From: Macrostomum lignano | Taxonomy: Eukaryota | Direction: 5' to 3' | DNA length: 64,000 bases | Assembly: GCA_002269645.1 (NCBI GenBank) | Contig: NIVC01000127.1 | Coordinates: forward strand, 62,001-126,000 | Shown here: positions 62,487 through 64,000 of the stretch, in pieces | Layout: each line of letters begins with the position of its first letter | Position numbering within the stretch: the stretch's first letter is position 1 | Translations under genes and position numbers: made by a program | The notes under the pieces: model-generated | The model's database searches: none | What the model saw: the letters and a program-made list of their open reading frames with translations, nothing else | Told to the model about the DNA's origin: nothing

Positions 62487-63968
62487 TTACGCGCTGGCCT
62501 CCGCTGCCAATGTCCCGGATTCTGCGGAATCTGCCATTGTCTGATGCTGCAGCCACCGCTGCTCTGTCTCCGGCTCCTCCAACTCGGCATCCTGCCTCGT
62601 CTGCAGATCTGCATCAACTTTCACTTCAGCATCCGCAATCAGTTCCGGCTCTGCTGCTTCTTCCACATCCGGACTGACTTCCGGCTCGGCTTTTGATGAA
62701 GCATTGGCAGCCTCCTCGCCGAGCTTGCCAGCCTCCGCAGGCTGCATCGCCGAGTCGACTTCGGCATCGGCTCCGGTAGCCTCGTCGAGCTCCTCCTCAT
62801 CCGGCATCTCTTCGTCAACCTCGCCGTCTCCTTCTCCATCGCCCTCGCCGTCGATGGTGATGCTGTACTCGCCGGTCTCGTATCTGCGCTCGAGAAATTC
62901 GAGACACTCCGAGCTAGTCAGCTTAGTCTCGATGTTCCGCTTGGGCTCGTTGCCGGGATGCGTGACCTCGATGTGGCGGACCAAGTGATCCTTGCGGTAG
63001 TAGGACTTCTGACAGCAGCGGCAGGCGAACGGCTTGAAGCCGACGTGTTTCAGCGAGTGACGCTGCAGGTTGGAGCGCTGGGTGAAGCTGGCGCTGCAGA
63101 ATGTGCACTTGTAGCTCTTGTGAAGCGAGTAGGTGTGCTTAGACAGGCTGGCCAGAGAGGCGAAGGCTTCGGGGCACTGATTGCAGGGGAAGCTGCGGTG
63201 ACCGCCGCGGCGGGAGCGGAGGCCAAACAGGGAGCGGGACCGCTGGCCAGACCGCTTGGAGTCGCTCTGCGTCACATTGCCGCTGCTGACGCCGCTGTTG
63301 TTGCTGTTGCTGCTACCGAGGATATCCAGACGAGCATCTGCTGTTGGGCTTTTTAACGAGTCCGAAACTGCTGACTGCTGCTGCTGTTGCTGCTGCGATT
63401 GCTGCGGTTGCTGCTGCTGCGGCCGAGTCGGCTGAAAGACCGCCGTAGGACTCGGGAAGACGCTGGCAGCAGTCAGGAAGCCAGTTGGCAGCAGGAAGTG
63501 CTGCTGGAAGCTCGGATTATTGACGTAGAAGCCAAGGCAGCCGCTGCCGCCAGTCTCCTTCTTGACTGTCGCGGCGCTGGGAGGATCGGCGCTGGCAGAG
63601 GCTGCCGCCGGGTCGCCGCCGCCGCCGCTGCTAGCCGCCACAAACGAGTCCAAACCGTTGGCAACCATCTTCTGCGGCGCCTGCGACTTTCGTTTCGACG
63701 ATTTCTCGGCCTTGGATGTCGCCACCGCCTCCGCCGGTGCCGCTGCTGCCGCAACCGTTGCAGTCGCAGCAGCTGACGCCGCAGTAGTCCTCACTGCTGG
63801 CATCGGCGCCGCCGCCAGGTCCTCGACAATGTCCAGGAAGACGGCGGATTCGTCCGAGCCGTCCAGACGAACGCTGACCAGGCAGGTGACCCGGGCGGAC
63901 CGTTCATAGCCGGGCAGGTGACTCCTAATAGCGTCTAACAGATCCGCGCGGAATTTGGCTCGGTCCAT
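62487..63968 (-). CDS. C2H2 zinc-finger transcription factor (3 fingers, 493 aa), possibly flatworm zfp-1 family
   Basis: Single ORF: FPCNQC..HTYSLH, YKCTFC..FTQRSNLQRHSLKH, VGFKPFACRCC..YYRKDHLVRHIEVTH, followed by an acidic C-terminal tail. The zfp-1 resemblance is from memory and unverified. Confidence 0.93.
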   Translation of the reverse strand: MDRAKFRADLLDAIRSHLPGYERSARVTCLVSVRLDGSDESAVFLDIVEDLAAAPMPAVRTTAASAAATATVAAAAAPAEAVATSKAEKSSKRKSQAPQKMVANGLDSFVAASSGGGGDPAAASASADPPSAATVKKETGGSGCLGFYVNNPSFQQHFLLPTGFLTAASVFPSPTAVFQPTRPQQQQPQQSQQQQQQQSAVSDSLKSPTADARLDILGSSNSNNSGVSSGNVTQSDSKRSGQRSRSLFGLRSRRGGHRSFPCNQCPEAFASLASLSKHTYSLHKSYKCTFCSASFTQRSNLQRHSLKHVGFKPFACRCCQKSYYRKDHLVRHIEVTHPGNEPKRNIETKLTSSECLEFLERRYETGEYSITIDGEGDGEGDGEVDEEMPDEEELDEATGADAEVDSAMQPAEAGKLGEEAANASSKAEPEVSPDVEEAAEPELIADAEVKVDADLQTRQDAELEEPETEQRWLQHQTMADSAESGTLAAEASA

Positions 63969-64000
63969 TCTGGTGAAGTATCAGTTTCAGTATTCTTAGT

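Overview
Eukaryotic genomic DNA, most likely a free-living flatworm such as Macrostomum. This is inferred from GC-rich exons, GT-AG introns packed with simple and mini-satellites, and a flatworm-type C2H2 gene; it is not proven. Roughly 40% of the window is tandem repeat. There are about 40 arrays with units of 3-82 bp, and most long introns carry their own distinct minisatellite. Most long ORFs in the supplied track are translations of these arrays, not genes. Genes I could rebuild by hand with phase-consistent splice sites: a muscarinic/aminergic-like GPCR (-), a 10-exon orphan gene (-), an AKAP1/spoonbill-like KH+Tudor gene (-), PNPO (-) head-to-head with a divergent ER PDI-family gene (+; CQSC/CGQS motifs, C-terminal HQEL), and a single-exon 3xC2H2 zinc-finger gene (-). 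There is also a long single ORF (+) encoding a protein built from repeated EEWTVYET and GY(R/K)RYL motifs that I do not recognise. Other elements: a decayed non-LTR retrotransposon with the geometry of a twin-primed 5' inversion, and a 1785-bp tandem duplication containing a minisatellite plus a telomere-like tract. The most notable system-level signals are the private but locally related intronic minisatellites, an abrupt AT-rich and repeat-free domain around the shared PNPO/PDI promoter, and enrichment of the palindrome TACATGTA.
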